Shown: piece after piece, positions 9,579 to 19,058 of the stretch
Position numbering within the stretch: position 1 is the first letter of the stretch
Layout: each line of letters opens with the position of its first letter
From: a virus
Strand: one strand, 5' to 3'
Virus record (IMG/VR): IMGVR_UViG_3300045988_183667
Length of the DNA: 64,000 bases
Position numbers and translations under genes: made by a program
The notes under the pieces: generated by a model
Told to the model about the DNA's origin: nothing
Seen by the model: only the letters and a program-made list of their open reading frames with translations
Databases searched by the model: none

Positions 9579-10121
9579 TCAATGATAGTTAATGTATGCT
9601 CTGTCCGTTTTCCGCAACACTTTGCATAAGTCTTTGCTGCGACTGTAGTCACGGATGCTTTTCATGAGTTTACGCAGGGCGAGATTGTTTTCATCCAGAT
9701 ATTTATCCGGCCAGTTAAGATAAAACGCTTCCGGTCCAAGACAGAGTTCTGCGTGGTCTTCGTACAGTGTTACGCCGTAGGAAGTCCGTTTGATAATCTG
9801 TCTGCAGTCAGTCATGCGGTTGCTTAAGACTGCAAATTCCTGCTTCGGTCTGTGTATATGGAACCGGAATACATGAATGGAATCATCGATCACATAACGG
9901 AATGCGCCGAGAATGTATCCATACTGACTTGATTTCGGGTTAAGTCCTGCAAAAGCGTACAGGACTTTGCAGGTATCAGTGGAAATATCTTCAGTGATTT
10001 CCTCCATTAACATAGAAAGGCATACCCGCTTTTTACCTTCTATGAAGCGTTGGATGTCATCCTCAGTCATCTTTTCCATAATATTTCTCCTTTTGCCGGT
10101 TTTTTTTATTTTTACTTGCAA
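9579..10121 (-). CDS. hypothetical protein (180 aa)
   Basis: ORF; the true start may be MEKMTEDD. Confidence 0.5.
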   Translation of the reverse strand: MQVKIKKTGKRRNIMEKMTEDDIQRFIEGKKRVCLSMLMEEITEDISTDTCKVLYAFAGLNPKSSQYGYILGAFRYVIDDSIHVFRFHIHRPKQEFAVLSNRMTDCRQIIKRTSYGVTLYEDHAELCLGPEAFYLNWPDKYLDENNLALRKLMKSIRDYSRSKDLCKVLRKTDRAYINYH

Positions 10122-10342
10122 GGCATGGTCTGTTCTTCCGCTTTTAATTCATCAACAATATCATTTATTCGCTTCGCCCATTTATTCTGTTTAGAAATGA
10201 AAATACTACATTCTAAGCCAGAAAGGATATTTTCTTCTTTTGTAATATCATATGTCGTGCGTTTATCGTGACTTGCTGCAATGAACGATTTCAGTTTAAG
10301 GTCTGCTCTTTTATAAATTTTCTTACTAATTCTATGGTTCAT
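10112..10342 (-). CDS. small hypothetical protein
   Basis: Short ORF in the array. Confidence 0.35.
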   Translation of the reverse strand: MNHRISKKIYKRADLKLKSFIAASHDKRTTYDITKEENILSGLECSIFISKQNKWAKRINDIVDELKAEEQTMPCK

Positions 10343-10359
10343 AATATTTCCAATTCTGA

Positions 10360-10542
10360 TTATACAGTCATTCCATCAGTGTCCAGACACATGTCCAATA
10401 GTGTGTATCCGATAGCTTCCAATACAACTCCTGCTTCATCTGGGTCGATACCGTTGTCTATCAGTACTTTTAATGTCCTTTTGATATTCTCAGCATTGAT
10501 TTCTGTGTTGATCGCAAGATTGTAATCCTCGTTTACTTTCAT
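10360..10542 (-). CDS. small hypothetical protein (60 aa)
   Basis: Short ORF in the array. Confidence 0.35.
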   Translation of the reverse strand: MKVNEDYNLAINTEINAENIKRTLKVLIDNGIDPDEAGVVLEAIGYTLLDMCLDTDGMTV

Positions 10543-10557
10543 ACACTACGCACTCCT

Positions 10558-11154
10558 TTATTTTTTGTAGGGTAATGTCTGGTTTCCGGTTTCGCGTTCG
10601 ATGATCTTGATGACACCTTCCTCATCATCGTTGTCTTCCAGGTATTCCTGCCATTCTTCAAAGGATTTCTCTTCTCTGGCGATTTTGTTGAGCGCCTCGC
10701 AGAGATCTTCTTTGGAATTGTAATACGATGTTTCCAGTTCGGCAAAAGTGCCTTCACCGTAAGAGTCAAAGACGTAGTTTTCAGGGAACCATATTCCGTC
10801 AGGGTCGTTTACGATCCAGTAATCACCATCAGCTTCAGACGATAATGCATAGCCGTCCAGATCCATTTCTTCACAGATCATGTCCCATGTTCCACGATTG
10901 TCGCCCCATGCCGTACAGCAGTAGAAACGTAGATACCCTTCCGGGATTGTGGAAAAGTCAATATCATCGAGCTTTCCCATTGCAGTGTCGCAGGAATGGC
11001 CTTCTTTGCTGTTGTCGATTCCAAGTTTCTCACAGATGCCCTCCGGCAGGATGTATTTCCCGCCGGCGCCAAGTTCTGCGATAATGTCTTTCAAAGTTGT
11101 GAGTTTTTCAGGAGAACCCACCAAAACCACAGTGTTACCGCATAAATTTGCCAT
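10558..11154 (-). CDS. strongly acidic protein, candidate DNA-mimic / anti-restriction-like
   Basis: About 25% D+E; runs such as DNDDEEG and DLDGYALSSEADGDYW; the position in an early-region-like array is suggestive. Confidence 0.5.
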   Translation of the reverse strand: MANLCGNTVVLVGSPEKLTTLKDIIAELGAGGKYILPEGICEKLGIDNSKEGHSCDTAMGKLDDIDFSTIPEGYLRFYCCTAWGDNRGTWDMICEEMDLDGYALSSEADGDYWIVNDPDGIWFPENYVFDSYGEGTFAELETSYYNSKEDLCEALNKIAREEKSFEEWQEYLEDNDDEEGVIKIIERETGNQTLPYKK

Positions 11155-11165
11155 AATATTACTCC

Positions 11166-12521
11166 TTATCTGCCAAGGTCAGGCAGCCAGTTCTCTTCTG
11201 GTGCAGTGATCTTTACTGGCATCTTGTCCACAAACGCAGAGTTTGCTGCAAGAGCCATGTCGATCAGCCAGAAATCATCACCGTTCTGCATGATGTCAAG
11301 AGACCATTGTCCGGAAAGTTCCACATCAGGGATGAGCCGGCGCAGATGTTTACAGACAAGGTCTTTATTTGCGTCAAATGTTTTCTGAAGACGCTCTTCT
11401 TCTTTACAATAAATGATGTAGTCGTGCTTCATGTCGGCAGTATCTGCATCCGATTCCTGTGAGAAGCGTTTCTTCATTGTCTCAGCATCCCAGTACGGTA
11501 CAATACCGATCAGTTCGTCCGTGTCAAAATCCACGAAGGCACGGTACTCCGTGTGCAGAGGCATGCCGTGGTAAATGCACGGAAGATTCTCTTTATCTTC
11601 GATGTATTCGCGGACTACCCATTCATTGGTCGTGGATACGCCGTAGATGCACGGCTGGTTTCTGCCGGAAAGGTCATAATGGCACATAGCAAGAGCCTGT
11701 GCATGGATGAACAGAAGATACTGTCCGATCTCTCTTACTTCTGCCGGGGATGTGACTTTTGCATTACGGAAGTCAAACTTTGACGAATACGTGCCGGTCT
11801 TGATGAAGTACGTTTTGTTCTCATCAAGCTCGAATGCTTTTCTCGCCCAGGCATCCACGATGTGAAGTGTGGTCGAAGTAAGGGAAAAGTAGTCAAGATG
11901 TGTCAGCTGTAAAATTGGAAGCGGTACCTTAACGACTTTTGTTGCAGGGACTTTGAAGAAATCCTGTAAAGAAGCCGCTGCTTCAAGGGCAGGGAGCCAG
12001 TAGCCCATGCTGTTCGGATTCATGCCGATCATCTCGTAAGTAATGCCGTCAAGATCAAGCATGTCAAGACCCTGGCGGAATCTGTGGTAAAAGCCAATGT
12101 TGCCGGTCTTTTTCCATGACAGGTACATGTCAAGCAGTGCCGGATAGGAATCCCCGGCAATATCTTTCTTTACCAGATGCCCGGTAAGCTGTGGGCGGAG
12201 TTCTTCCGGAAGGGCTTTAATCTCTTCGTTTGTGACAGGTGGCATGGCCGTATGGTCAGGAAGCAGGTTCTGGGAATCCAGAAGTTCGCATACGATACGG
12301 TTTTCCAGTTCGGCAACGCTTACATCACCAACGGTCTCGTGCTGTGCCACGTCACGGGAATTTAATTTGAAAAAGTTACCGGATGCTTTGTTCTCTTCGT
12401 CAGAGACAGCGCTGTATGCTTTTTCAAATTCAGCAAGGGCTTCCGGTGTGGTATTTAGAAGCTCTGCGATTTTTTCTTTGGACATGCTGCGCCTGAAAGC
12501 AGCGGTAATATTCTCAAACAT
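11166..12521 (-). CDS. large hypothetical protein (451 aa), possibly ATP-grasp-like
   Basis: Long ORF; FIKTGTYSSKF and DFWLIDMA segments faintly resemble ATP-grasp motifs. The family assignment is uncertain. Confidence 0.55.
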   Translation of the reverse strand: MFENITAAFRRSMSKEKIAELLNTTPEALAEFEKAYSAVSDEENKASGNFFKLNSRDVAQHETVGDVSVAELENRIVCELLDSQNLLPDHTAMPPVTNEEIKALPEELRPQLTGHLVKKDIAGDSYPALLDMYLSWKKTGNIGFYHRFRQGLDMLDLDGITYEMIGMNPNSMGYWLPALEAAASLQDFFKVPATKVVKVPLPILQLTHLDYFSLTSTTLHIVDAWARKAFELDENKTYFIKTGTYSSKFDFRNAKVTSPAEVREIGQYLLFIHAQALAMCHYDLSGRNQPCIYGVSTTNEWVVREYIEDKENLPCIYHGMPLHTEYRAFVDFDTDELIGIVPYWDAETMKKRFSQESDADTADMKHDYIIYCKEEERLQKTFDANKDLVCKHLRRLIPDVELSGQWSLDIMQNGDDFWLIDMALAANSAFVDKMPVKITAPEENWLPDLGR

Positions 12522-12538
12522 AATGTTCCTCCTTATTT

Positions 12539-12814
12539 TTAGTGCGACTGGTATTCCAGTGTGTTTATGACGAGCACGGTGATAAAATCATAGGTGTCGC
12601 CTGCAAGGATCTGGCCGTTGTTACCGGTAGGGATCTCTTCGCCTCTTACATAATAGAAGATGTCTTCATCTTCATAGCCGGAGTTTTTAAACAGAGCATC
12701 GTAATCACCGGCATCATAGCTTTTCTTCTCTGCATCTGTTTCAAGGACAGCAAGATTTACTGTGTCATTCTTGCCGGCCTCTCTGTCATGGATGCCTACG
12801 TTATATATCTTCAT
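12539..12814 (-). CDS. hypothetical protein (91 aa)
   Basis: Complete ORF. Confidence 0.45.
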   Translation of the reverse strand: MKIYNVGIHDREAGKNDTVNLAVLETDAEKKSYDAGDYDALFKNSGYEDEDIFYYVRGEEIPTGNNGQILAGDTYDFITVLVINTLEYQSH

Positions 12815-12828
12815 AGTCTCAGTCCTTT

Positions 12829-13140
12829 CTATTCTCTGTAATATTCTAACCTGTCAGTTACATATTCGTCCAGTTCTTCAAAGAACGCCTTTTCTGAATC
12901 TTTCCACAGGTGCAGAAGATTGGTCGTATATCTTGCCACTTCGCCGCCACAGTCATATTCCACATAAATGAGGACACGGCGGGTGTCAGTATTTACGGCA
13001 ATCCAGGCACAATACAGACCAAGGTCGATGCACTTTTCAAAGCAGTTCTTGAGATCACCGGTAACACTCCGGGGCTTATACTTAAAGCCGTTTTCTGTAA
13101 GGATATTATTCGTGTTGCAGTTCTGCTGCAGAATACCCAT
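12829..13140 (-). CDS. hypothetical protein (103 aa)
   Basis: Complete ORF. Confidence 0.45.
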   Translation of the reverse strand: MGILQQNCNTNNILTENGFKYKPRSVTGDLKNCFEKCIDLGLYCAWIAVNTDTRRVLIYVEYDCGGEVARYTTNLLHLWKDSEKAFFEELDEYVTDRLEYYRE

Positions 13141-13142
13141 GG

Positions 13143-13622
13143 CTATTTCTCCTTTCTGATCTGTTTGATTCTGTTTACGGCATCTTCGAGCGTTAAAAAC
13201 GCATATACGCCAATCTCATCTGCCGGAATGCAGAACGGGCTGTCATTACACTCAGGCTGTGCCGGAAGCGGACAGGATGTGTAAAGAAAGACAAGATCAT
13301 CGTAATATTCAAAGCACCATACATCACGGGTGTTGATGATGTCTTCTGGTGCAATGCTGTCATCAAGCAGTGCATCTTGTGATTCATTACAGAACTCATA
13401 GATTTTATCGCCTTTGCTGCATGGGGATATAATCATACGTCCCTGTTCTTCAGCATCCTCGTAACCGGCAAGTCTGGTAATTGCCATACGGCTGTCATGT
13501 GCGGACATTTCACATGGTTCGAGATTACGGTTGTTTTCAGTGTCTTTGAACCATATCATGTCACTGTTGTCTGATCTTACAGTCAGTCGTTCCATGTCAC
13601 ACCTTCTTTCAGTCTTTGTCAC
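13143..13622 (-). CDS. hypothetical protein (159 aa)
   Basis: Complete ORF. Confidence 0.5.
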   Translation of the reverse strand: MTKTERRCDMERLTVRSDNSDMIWFKDTENNRNLEPCEMSAHDSRMAITRLAGYEDAEEQGRMIISPCSKGDKIYEFCNESQDALLDDSIAPEDIINTRDVWCFEYYDDLVFLYTSCPLPAQPECNDSPFCIPADEIGVYAFLTLEDAVNRIKQIRKEK

Positions 13623-14070
13623 GAAGCTGGGGATTCAATGCGTAAGCACGGTCAAAAGCCCATTCGTAGACAGTACGGTCATACGGCGGCATTTTGCTGA
13701 CGATGCCCTTTGCAACGAGGGATTTCATGGCACCATACTGTTTTGGGGTAGGTTTCCTCAACTGGTTGAGGGAACCGGAGTAGGTGTCCTTGTAGCAGTT
13801 GACGGTCAGCATCATTTTGCCGGTGTTCTTCCATTTGCTGATTTCGGCTTTCGGGATGTAGCCGATCAGTTTGCCGGTAACATCGGAACGCACTTTGATG
13901 GCAAATTCGCCAAGTCCGGTTTCATCATTGTGATGAATGACGTTTTCCAGTGTTACCATGGTGGGTGCTCCGACGAGCTTTTTAAGCAGTTCCTGTCTGC
14001 TTTCGCCACCCTCATCTGCCGGGTTTATAAATGTAACACCGGCAAGTTTGCAGTCTCTTTCATATGTCAT
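13609..14070 (-). CDS. possible HIRAN-domain protein
   Basis: The pattern KLAGVTF...LVGAPTMVTLENVIHHNDETGLGEFAIKV...GKLIGYIPKAEI matches the HIRAN consensus (GV-x-Y ... L-x-REP-N-x-D-x-AI-V ... G-x-IGYLPRE). Confidence 0.45.
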   Translation of the reverse strand: MTYERDCKLAGVTFINPADEGGESRQELLKKLVGAPTMVTLENVIHHNDETGLGEFAIKVRSDVTGKLIGYIPKAEISKWKNTGKMMLTVNCYKDTYSGSLNQLRKPTPKQYGAMKSLVAKGIVSKMPPYDRTVYEWAFDRAYALNPQLRDKD

Positions 14071-14093
14071 GGCTGTATGCCTTCCTTTCTTTC

Positions 14094-14273
14094 TTAATAG
14101 TCATCGTCCCTCTGGAGGGATTCAATTTCAAAGTCTTTTTCGCGGATCTGTCTGTTAAATACTTCCATGATGGCTTCCGCAGGTTCTTTTCCGAGACGCT
14201 CTGTGAGTACACGCTCTACGTCCGGTATATTTTTTATGATTTCATAGGTTCCGTCTTCAAACATTACGGGCAT
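14094..14273 (-). CDS. small hypothetical protein (start at internal MPVMFEDG)
   Basis: A GAGGAG RBS lies 8 nt upstream of the ATG at 14273; the longer N-terminal extension has no RBS. Confidence 0.4.
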   Translation of the reverse strand: MPVMFEDGTYEIIKNIPDVERVLTERLGKEPAEAIMEVFNRQIREKDFEIESLQRDDDY

Positions 14274-14290
14274 GATAATTCTCCTCTCTG

Positions 14291-14327
14291 TTAAAAAATA
14301 AGGGAACAGTTCTGGCAACTGCTCCCT
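14291..14327 (-). terminator. rho-independent terminator (minus strand)
   Basis: Hairpin AGGGAACAG/CTGCTCCCT with a 9-nt loop, followed by a T-run on the minus strand. Confidence 0.55.
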
Positions 14328-14340
14328 TGTAAGCCGGCAT

Positions 14341-14505
14341 TTACTCTTCAGCTTTTGCAGCGGCCTTTGCCTTGGCAGATCTCTTTTCAAGGATGCTTTT
14401 TGTTACGGCGTATACACGGGGCTGCTTCCAGTCCGGGTGCTTTGCTGCTACTTCTGCATAGATCTTGCCTGCTACAGTGTTTGTGGTTGTTACGTTCTTT
14501 GCCAT
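14341..14505 (-). CDS. unlisted 54-aa Lys/Ala-rich small protein (MAKNVTTTNTVAGKIYAEVAAKHPDWKQPRVYAVTKSILEKRSAKAKAAAKAEE)
   Basis: It has a GGAGGAAT RBS 6 nt upstream, its own terminator downstream, and falls just under the 60-aa cutoff of the ORF track. Confidence 0.45.
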   Translation of the reverse strand: MAKNVTTTNTVAGKIYAEVAAKHPDWKQPRVYAVTKSILEKRSAKAKAAAKAEE

Positions 14506-14532
14506 AGTGAATTCCTCCTTTTGGTCTGATGG

Positions 14533-14814
14533 TTATTTGTTTTCTTTGATAGTGTTGATGGCTGTCTGCACGCCTTGCGCGAGCGCACTTGCCTGCATGC
14601 TGTACATGATAACAAGGTTGTCACGTTTCTTTTCCAGAAGTCTGATGATACGCTGGATGGCATATTCCATGCCGGCTGATTCACCTTCGGATCTTCCGTA
14701 TTCATAAGCCCACTGGACAGCCTGTTTATGGGTGTCCGGAATGGTGCCGTATTTCTTTGCATATGAAGAAGTAAGCTCCATGAGCTTTTCTTCGTTTACT
14801 TCAATACCTGTCAT
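14533..14814 (-). CDS. hypothetical protein (93 aa)
   Basis: Complete ORF. Confidence 0.5.
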   Translation of the reverse strand: MTGIEVNEEKLMELTSSYAKKYGTIPDTHKQAVQWAYEYGRSEGESAGMEYAIQRIIRLLEKKRDNLVIMYSMQASALAQGVQTAINTIKENK

Positions 14815-15116
14815 TCTGATACCTCCGTGTCCACAGTAATCTCTTCTTCATAGAGTTTCAGGGAGCCGTCGGCATTGTAGATCGGTGTGATGGAGCATTT
14901 GTAACCTGTGATGTATACGAAATACATAACACCTGTGTTACGGTCGTATCCGACATGTGTACCTGCGCCCTTGTCTTCGTAGATATATACAAGGTCAAAA
15001 TATTTGTTACCGATGGGACTTTCCTTTACATCAATGTCTTTGTAACCACCGCAGGCAGTAAGTGACATACACATCATTACAACAGCAAGGATTGCTGTAA
15101 GTTTCTGTTTCATAGT
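14811..15116 (-). CDS. lipoprotein (start at MKQKLTAILAVVMMCMSLTACGG)
   Basis: Signal peptide with lipobox L-T-A-C; an AAGGAG RBS precedes it. Confidence 0.55.
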   Translation of the reverse strand, partial: TMKQKLTAILAVVMMCMSLTACGGYKDIDVKESPIGNKYFDLVYIYEDKGAGTHVGYDRNTGVMYFVYITGYKCSITPIYNADGSLKLYEEEITVDTEVSE

Positions 15117-15356
15117 TTTCTCCTCCTTATATGTATAGGAAATACATTTTTTTCGTTTACATACATACAGAGTGCCCGTTAGGGCACAGACGTCCTGCAT
15201 TTGGCATTAAGGTTTCTGCGGTACCAAGCCATTGTGAAAAAAATCTGCGGACAGCATTTGACCAGATAGATTATACCATTATATCTGTATAAAAAAAATA
15301 GCCCATTTTGAGCCCCTGTTATGGTCAAAAAAGTTTCAAAAATGGTCTTATTTTTA

Positions 15357-15400
15357 TTGACATCCATAAAAATAGGTGCTATAATTAACTCATAAATGAG
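15357..15400 (+). promoter_or_regulatory. sigma70-type promoter TTGACA-17-TATAAT with palindrome CTCATAAATGAG at about +1
   Basis: TTGACA 15357..15362, TATAAT 15380..15385, palindrome 15389..15400. Confidence 0.7.
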
Positions 15401-15464
15401 AGGAAATCAGAGTAACGGTGCTCTGACATATCTTTAAAAATACATAGAAAGGATGAGGTGAAGA

Positions 15465-15914
15465 ATGAGTGATGAGAAAAACGTAAGGCACCGTTTCACG
15501 GTTCCCGTCGCTGATACCAGAGTCAACGAATGGATTGAAACCCAGTCGAACTTAGGTTTCTCGCTAAGAGTGCTGATCAAAGCCTTTATGCGGGAATATG
15601 GTATGCAGGATGCCACCTGTCTGGAACTCGGTGTTCAGGTCAAGAAAAAAGGACGTCCGCCGAAGAGTGCCCAGATACAATATGGCAACATGGAAAATGT
15701 CACAATGCAGGGCAGCCAGCTTGATGATTCTGAGGATACCGATGAATCAGAACAGGTCGCCCAAGAGCAGGAAACACCTGTGCAGGCACAGGTGGTGACA
15801 CAAAGACCCGTGGTAAAGCCTGTTTCTAATTTGACAGAAGCAGAGAAAAAATTCCAGGCAGATATGTCTGAGGGAAAACAGATTAACATGAACGATTTAG
15901 ATCGAATAATTTAG
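15465..15914 (+). CDS. ribbon-helix-helix-like DNA-binding protein with AT-hook (KKGRPPK) and acidic tail
   Basis: The N-terminal beta-strand RHRFTV plus two helices fit an RHH fold; GRPPK AT-hook; sits directly upstream of the actin-like ATPase. Confidence 0.55.
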   Translation: MSDEKNVRHRFTVPVADTRVNEWIETQSNLGFSLRVLIKAFMREYGMQDATCLELGVQVKKKGRPPKSAQIQYGNMENVTMQGSQLDDSEDTDESEQVAQEQETPVQAQVVTQRPVVKPVSNLTEAEKKFQADMSEGKQINMNDLDRII

Positions 15915-15945
15915 GTCTATAAAAATCAGAAAGGAATAGAAAACA

Positions 15946-17214
15946 ATGGCAAACAAAACAATGAATGACAAAGTTTATATGCAGATCGCAGGTCTGGACA
16001 TCGGAAACGGCTGTGTGAAGGGAACGATCGGTTCCAATGCTGGCGGAGAAACAGATATTGATATCCAGAGCGTTGCGGCAACGAATTATACAGACGCAAT
16101 TGATGAGATGAGGACTCCTTTATCCGAGGTTGAAAGCAAGATTGATGATATTTTCAACTATATGGATGCAACTTTTGAATCTCCTTGTCTGGACGAGACA
16201 GATCGTTATTTCATGGGACAGCATGCAATGGAATCCGGCAATTATCCGATGATTTTTGACGTTGGTGACGGACAGCAGAAGTCAGAACAGCCTCTGTCTT
16301 TTATCCTGACACTTGGTTCCATTGCCGGCAAGGCATTACAGGATGCATGGAATACGACACATGTTCTTCCTGAAGTGATCAATGTGAATGTAAAGGTTGC
16401 TGCACTGGCGCTTCCTATCCAGGAGTACAGACGTTTCCGTGAGAACTATGCAAGTTCCTACAAGAAGGGTGTGCATGTTGTGACGATTCAGACATTCGAG
16501 CAGGATGTCGTAGTTAATATCACATTTGAGAACGTGCAGGTTCTGGCAGAGGGTGCTTCTGCTACCTATGCAATCCGTGCAGGCGGTCCTGCTCTGGCTG
16601 AAAAGCTGATCCAGAACGCAAATGAGGCAAGTGGCCAGCACATTGAGCTGACCGGCGAGGATATTTATGGTGCTAAGGCAACTATGGGTATTGACATTGG
16701 AGAGGGCACAACGAACATGCCAATCTATGATTCTAAGGGTAACTTCAACGCAGATGCGTCCATGTCCATCAACAATGGCTACGGTGTGGTTTTGGATAAT
16801 GCAGTGAAACTTCTGCATAAGAAAGGACTGCATTTTGAGAACCGTAAGGGACTCCAGACATATCTGATGGATGACATGAACATGAAGTTCAAGGATAAGC
16901 AGTATCCTGAAGTTCAGAAAATTGTGGATACCTGCATCGAGAACTTTGCAAAGCAGATCGCTGATATTTACAAGCAGAACATGAAAACGCACAATACGCA
17001 GATCCTGGTTGTTTATGTATACGGCGGTGGTGCAACAGCAATGAAGTATTGTCTGTTCCAGGCTCTTGTGAATAGCACAAGAAAGCTGAACGGTGGCATG
17101 GATGCACAGCCTATCCTGTATTTTGACAATCCGGAAGCAAGAATGCTGAACCGTGATGGTCTTTACATCGCCGCAAAGAGAATCCTTGAGATCATGGGTG
17201 GCAGTCTGAACTAA
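15946..17214 (+). CDS. parM: actin-like segregation ATPase (ParM/StbA/Alp family)
   Basis: Phosphate-1 GLDIGNGCVKG, phosphate-2 GIDIGEGTTN and adenosine motif VYVYGGGATAM are all present. Confidence 0.85.
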   Translation: MANKTMNDKVYMQIAGLDIGNGCVKGTIGSNAGGETDIDIQSVAATNYTDAIDEMRTPLSEVESKIDDIFNYMDATFESPCLDETDRYFMGQHAMESGNYPMIFDVGDGQQKSEQPLSFILTLGSIAGKALQDAWNTTHVLPEVINVNVKVAALALPIQEYRRFRENYASSYKKGVHVVTIQTFEQDVVVNITFENVQVLAEGASATYAIRAGGPALAEKLIQNANEASGQHIELTGEDIYGAKATMGIDIGEGTTNMPIYDSKGNFNADASMSINNGYGVVLDNAVKLLHKKGLHFENRKGLQTYLMDDMNMKFKDKQYPEVQKIVDTCIENFAKQIADIYKQNMKTHNTQILVVYVYGGGATAMKYCLFQALVNSTRKLNGGMDAQPILYFDNPEARMLNRDGLYIAAKRILEIMGGSLN

Positions 17215-17314
17215 GCCAGTTTCGCTTTTTGCTCCTATAATATTTGCCGGCTCCGACACTTTGCCGGGGCTGGCAGACAAAACAAAAAAACTACATATTT
17301 GAAAGGAAATTATC

Positions 17315-18892
17315 ATGGATAATATTTTTACAATTCTCATTCCTGCAATCATTGTGATTGCCGTACTCATCATCATTATGACCGGTTACGTGAAGGCCCC
17401 TGCAGACAAGGCGTTCATTATCTCGGGTCTCCATAAGAAACCGAAGGTTCTGGTTGGCCGTGCCGGCATCAAGATTCCTTTTCTTGAAAGAAAGGATGTC
17501 CTTCTGTTAAAGCAGGTTTCCATTGACATCAAGACGAACGGTTACGTTCCTACACTGGATTTCATTGGCGTTGATATTGATGCTGTAGCGAAGGTGCGTA
17601 TTATGGACACACCTGCCGGTCTGGAACTTGCCGCAAAGAACTTTTTAAACATGGGTGAGAAGCAGATCATCGAAGCCCTTACCGATTCATTACAGGGTAA
17701 CATGCGTGAGATTATCGGTACGATCAGCTTAAAGGAACTGAATACAGACCGTAAGCAGTTCGGTGATCAGGTGCAGCAGAAAGCACAGGTCGATATGAAC
17801 GCTCTCGGTATCGAGATCATTTCTTGCAACATCCAGAGAGTAGATGACGAAAACAAGCTGATCATTGCCCTTGGACAGGACAACATGAGCCAGATCCAGA
17901 AAGATGCGTCCATCGCAAGAGCAAACGCAGAGCGTGACGTTGCCATTGCGGAAGCAAAGGCAAAGAGAGAAGCGAATGATGCAAAGGTCGAGTCCGATAC
18001 CATTATTGCAGAGAAAAACAACGAGCTTGCGATCAAGCAGGCAGAACTGAAGAGACTTTCTGATGTTAAGAAGGCTGAAGCCGATGCTGCATATTCCATT
18101 CAGGAGCAGGAGCAGAGACGTGCGATCGAGACTGCTACCGTGAACGCAGAGATTGCAAAGGCAGAGCGTGAAGCAGAACTGAAGAAACAGGAAGTTGCTG
18201 TACAGGAAGAGACGCTGAACGCACAGATTAGAAAGAAAGCCGAAGCTGACCGTTATGCCGCAGAACAGCAGGCACAGGCAGCACGTTATCAGATGGAGCA
18301 GGCTGCGGAAGCAGACAAATTCAAGAGAATTGCAGAGGCCGAGGCAAGATTACAGGAGCAGCTTAAAGAAGCTGAAGGTATCAAGGCAAAGGGTGAAGCC
18401 GAGGCAAATGCCATTGAGGCAAAAGGTAAAGCAGAAGCTGAAGCCATGGATAAGAAGGCAGAGGCTATGAAGAAATACGGTCAGGCTGCTATGACACAGA
18501 TGATCGTGGAAAGACTTCCTGAGATTGCAAAGGCTGTCGCAGAACCTTTCAACCAGATTGACAAGATTACAATCATTGGCGGTTCCGGTGACGGTGGTGT
18601 CGGTTCCGTAGGTTCTTATGTTCCTCAGGCGCTGGCACAGACCATGGCGGCAATGAAAGAGGCAACCGGCATTGACCTCAAGGATCTGATCGAAGCAAAC
18701 GGCAAGGATGCTAAGATTACGAGAAACGTGAACATCACAGGTGTCGATGGTGCATCCACTCAGCAGGCAGTTGGTCCGGTGGTTGCCGGTGCAATTGCAG
18801 AGGACGGTGGTGCAGCTGAGGTTGCAGCTGCTCTGGAAGCAAGAGGTCTTACGTTCGAGTCTGAGAATGACAAGAAAAACCGTGAGAAATAA
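17315..18892 (+). CDS. flotillin-like SPFH/band-7 protein
   Basis: N-terminal TM helix, an SPFH core (FIISGLHKKPKVLVGRAGIKIPFLERKDVLLL...), and a long EA-rich coiled-coil (AEAEAKGKAEAEA). Confidence 0.85.
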   Translation: MDNIFTILIPAIIVIAVLIIIMTGYVKAPADKAFIISGLHKKPKVLVGRAGIKIPFLERKDVLLLKQVSIDIKTNGYVPTLDFIGVDIDAVAKVRIMDTPAGLELAAKNFLNMGEKQIIEALTDSLQGNMREIIGTISLKELNTDRKQFGDQVQQKAQVDMNALGIEIISCNIQRVDDENKLIIALGQDNMSQIQKDASIARANAERDVAIAEAKAKREANDAKVESDTIIAEKNNELAIKQAELKRLSDVKKAEADAAYSIQEQEQRRAIETATVNAEIAKAEREAELKKQEVAVQEETLNAQIRKKAEADRYAAEQQAQAARYQMEQAAEADKFKRIAEAEARLQEQLKEAEGIKAKGEAEANAIEAKGKAEAEAMDKKAEAMKKYGQAAMTQMIVERLPEIAKAVAEPFNQIDKITIIGGSGDGGVGSVGSYVPQALAQTMAAMKEATGIDLKDLIEANGKDAKITRNVNITGVDGASTQQAVGPVVAGAIAEDGGAAEVAAALEARGLTFESENDKKNREK

Positions 18893-18906
18893 ATAACTTA
18901 CATAGG

Positions 18907-18941
18907 AGCCTGTTTCGGATTTCCGGAACGGGCTCTTTTTG
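18907..18941 (+). terminator. rho-independent terminator
   Basis: 12-bp stem (AGCCUGUUUCGG/CCGGAACGGGCU with 2 G-U pairs), a 4-nt loop, then CTTTTTG. Confidence 0.7.
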
Positions 18942-19058
18942 TACATACGAAATAAAGCTACAATTAAGTAGCTTTTTGTAGCACTTTGTATTGACGGATG
19001 CCGGTTGTGTGTGCTATGCTTATTTACGATGAATGTATCTAAAAAAGGAAGTGCTGTA

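Noticed and set aside
13531-14097. 188-aa plus-strand ORF inside the minus-strand array
   Set aside because: It is antisense to the HIRAN-like ORF, breaks the otherwise uniform minus-strand operon, and has no RBS.
17215-17314. Hairpin GCCGGCUCCG...CGGGGCUGGC after the ParM gene as a terminator
   Set aside because: It is followed by an A-tract rather than a T-tract on the plus strand. It is weak or may be a minus-direction structure, so I did not call it.
16336-17376. 346-aa minus-strand ORF antisense to the ParM gene
   Set aside because: It is Cys/His/Leu-rich low-complexity sequence with no RBS. It fully overlaps a gene that has textbook actin-fold motifs, so it is an antisense artefact.
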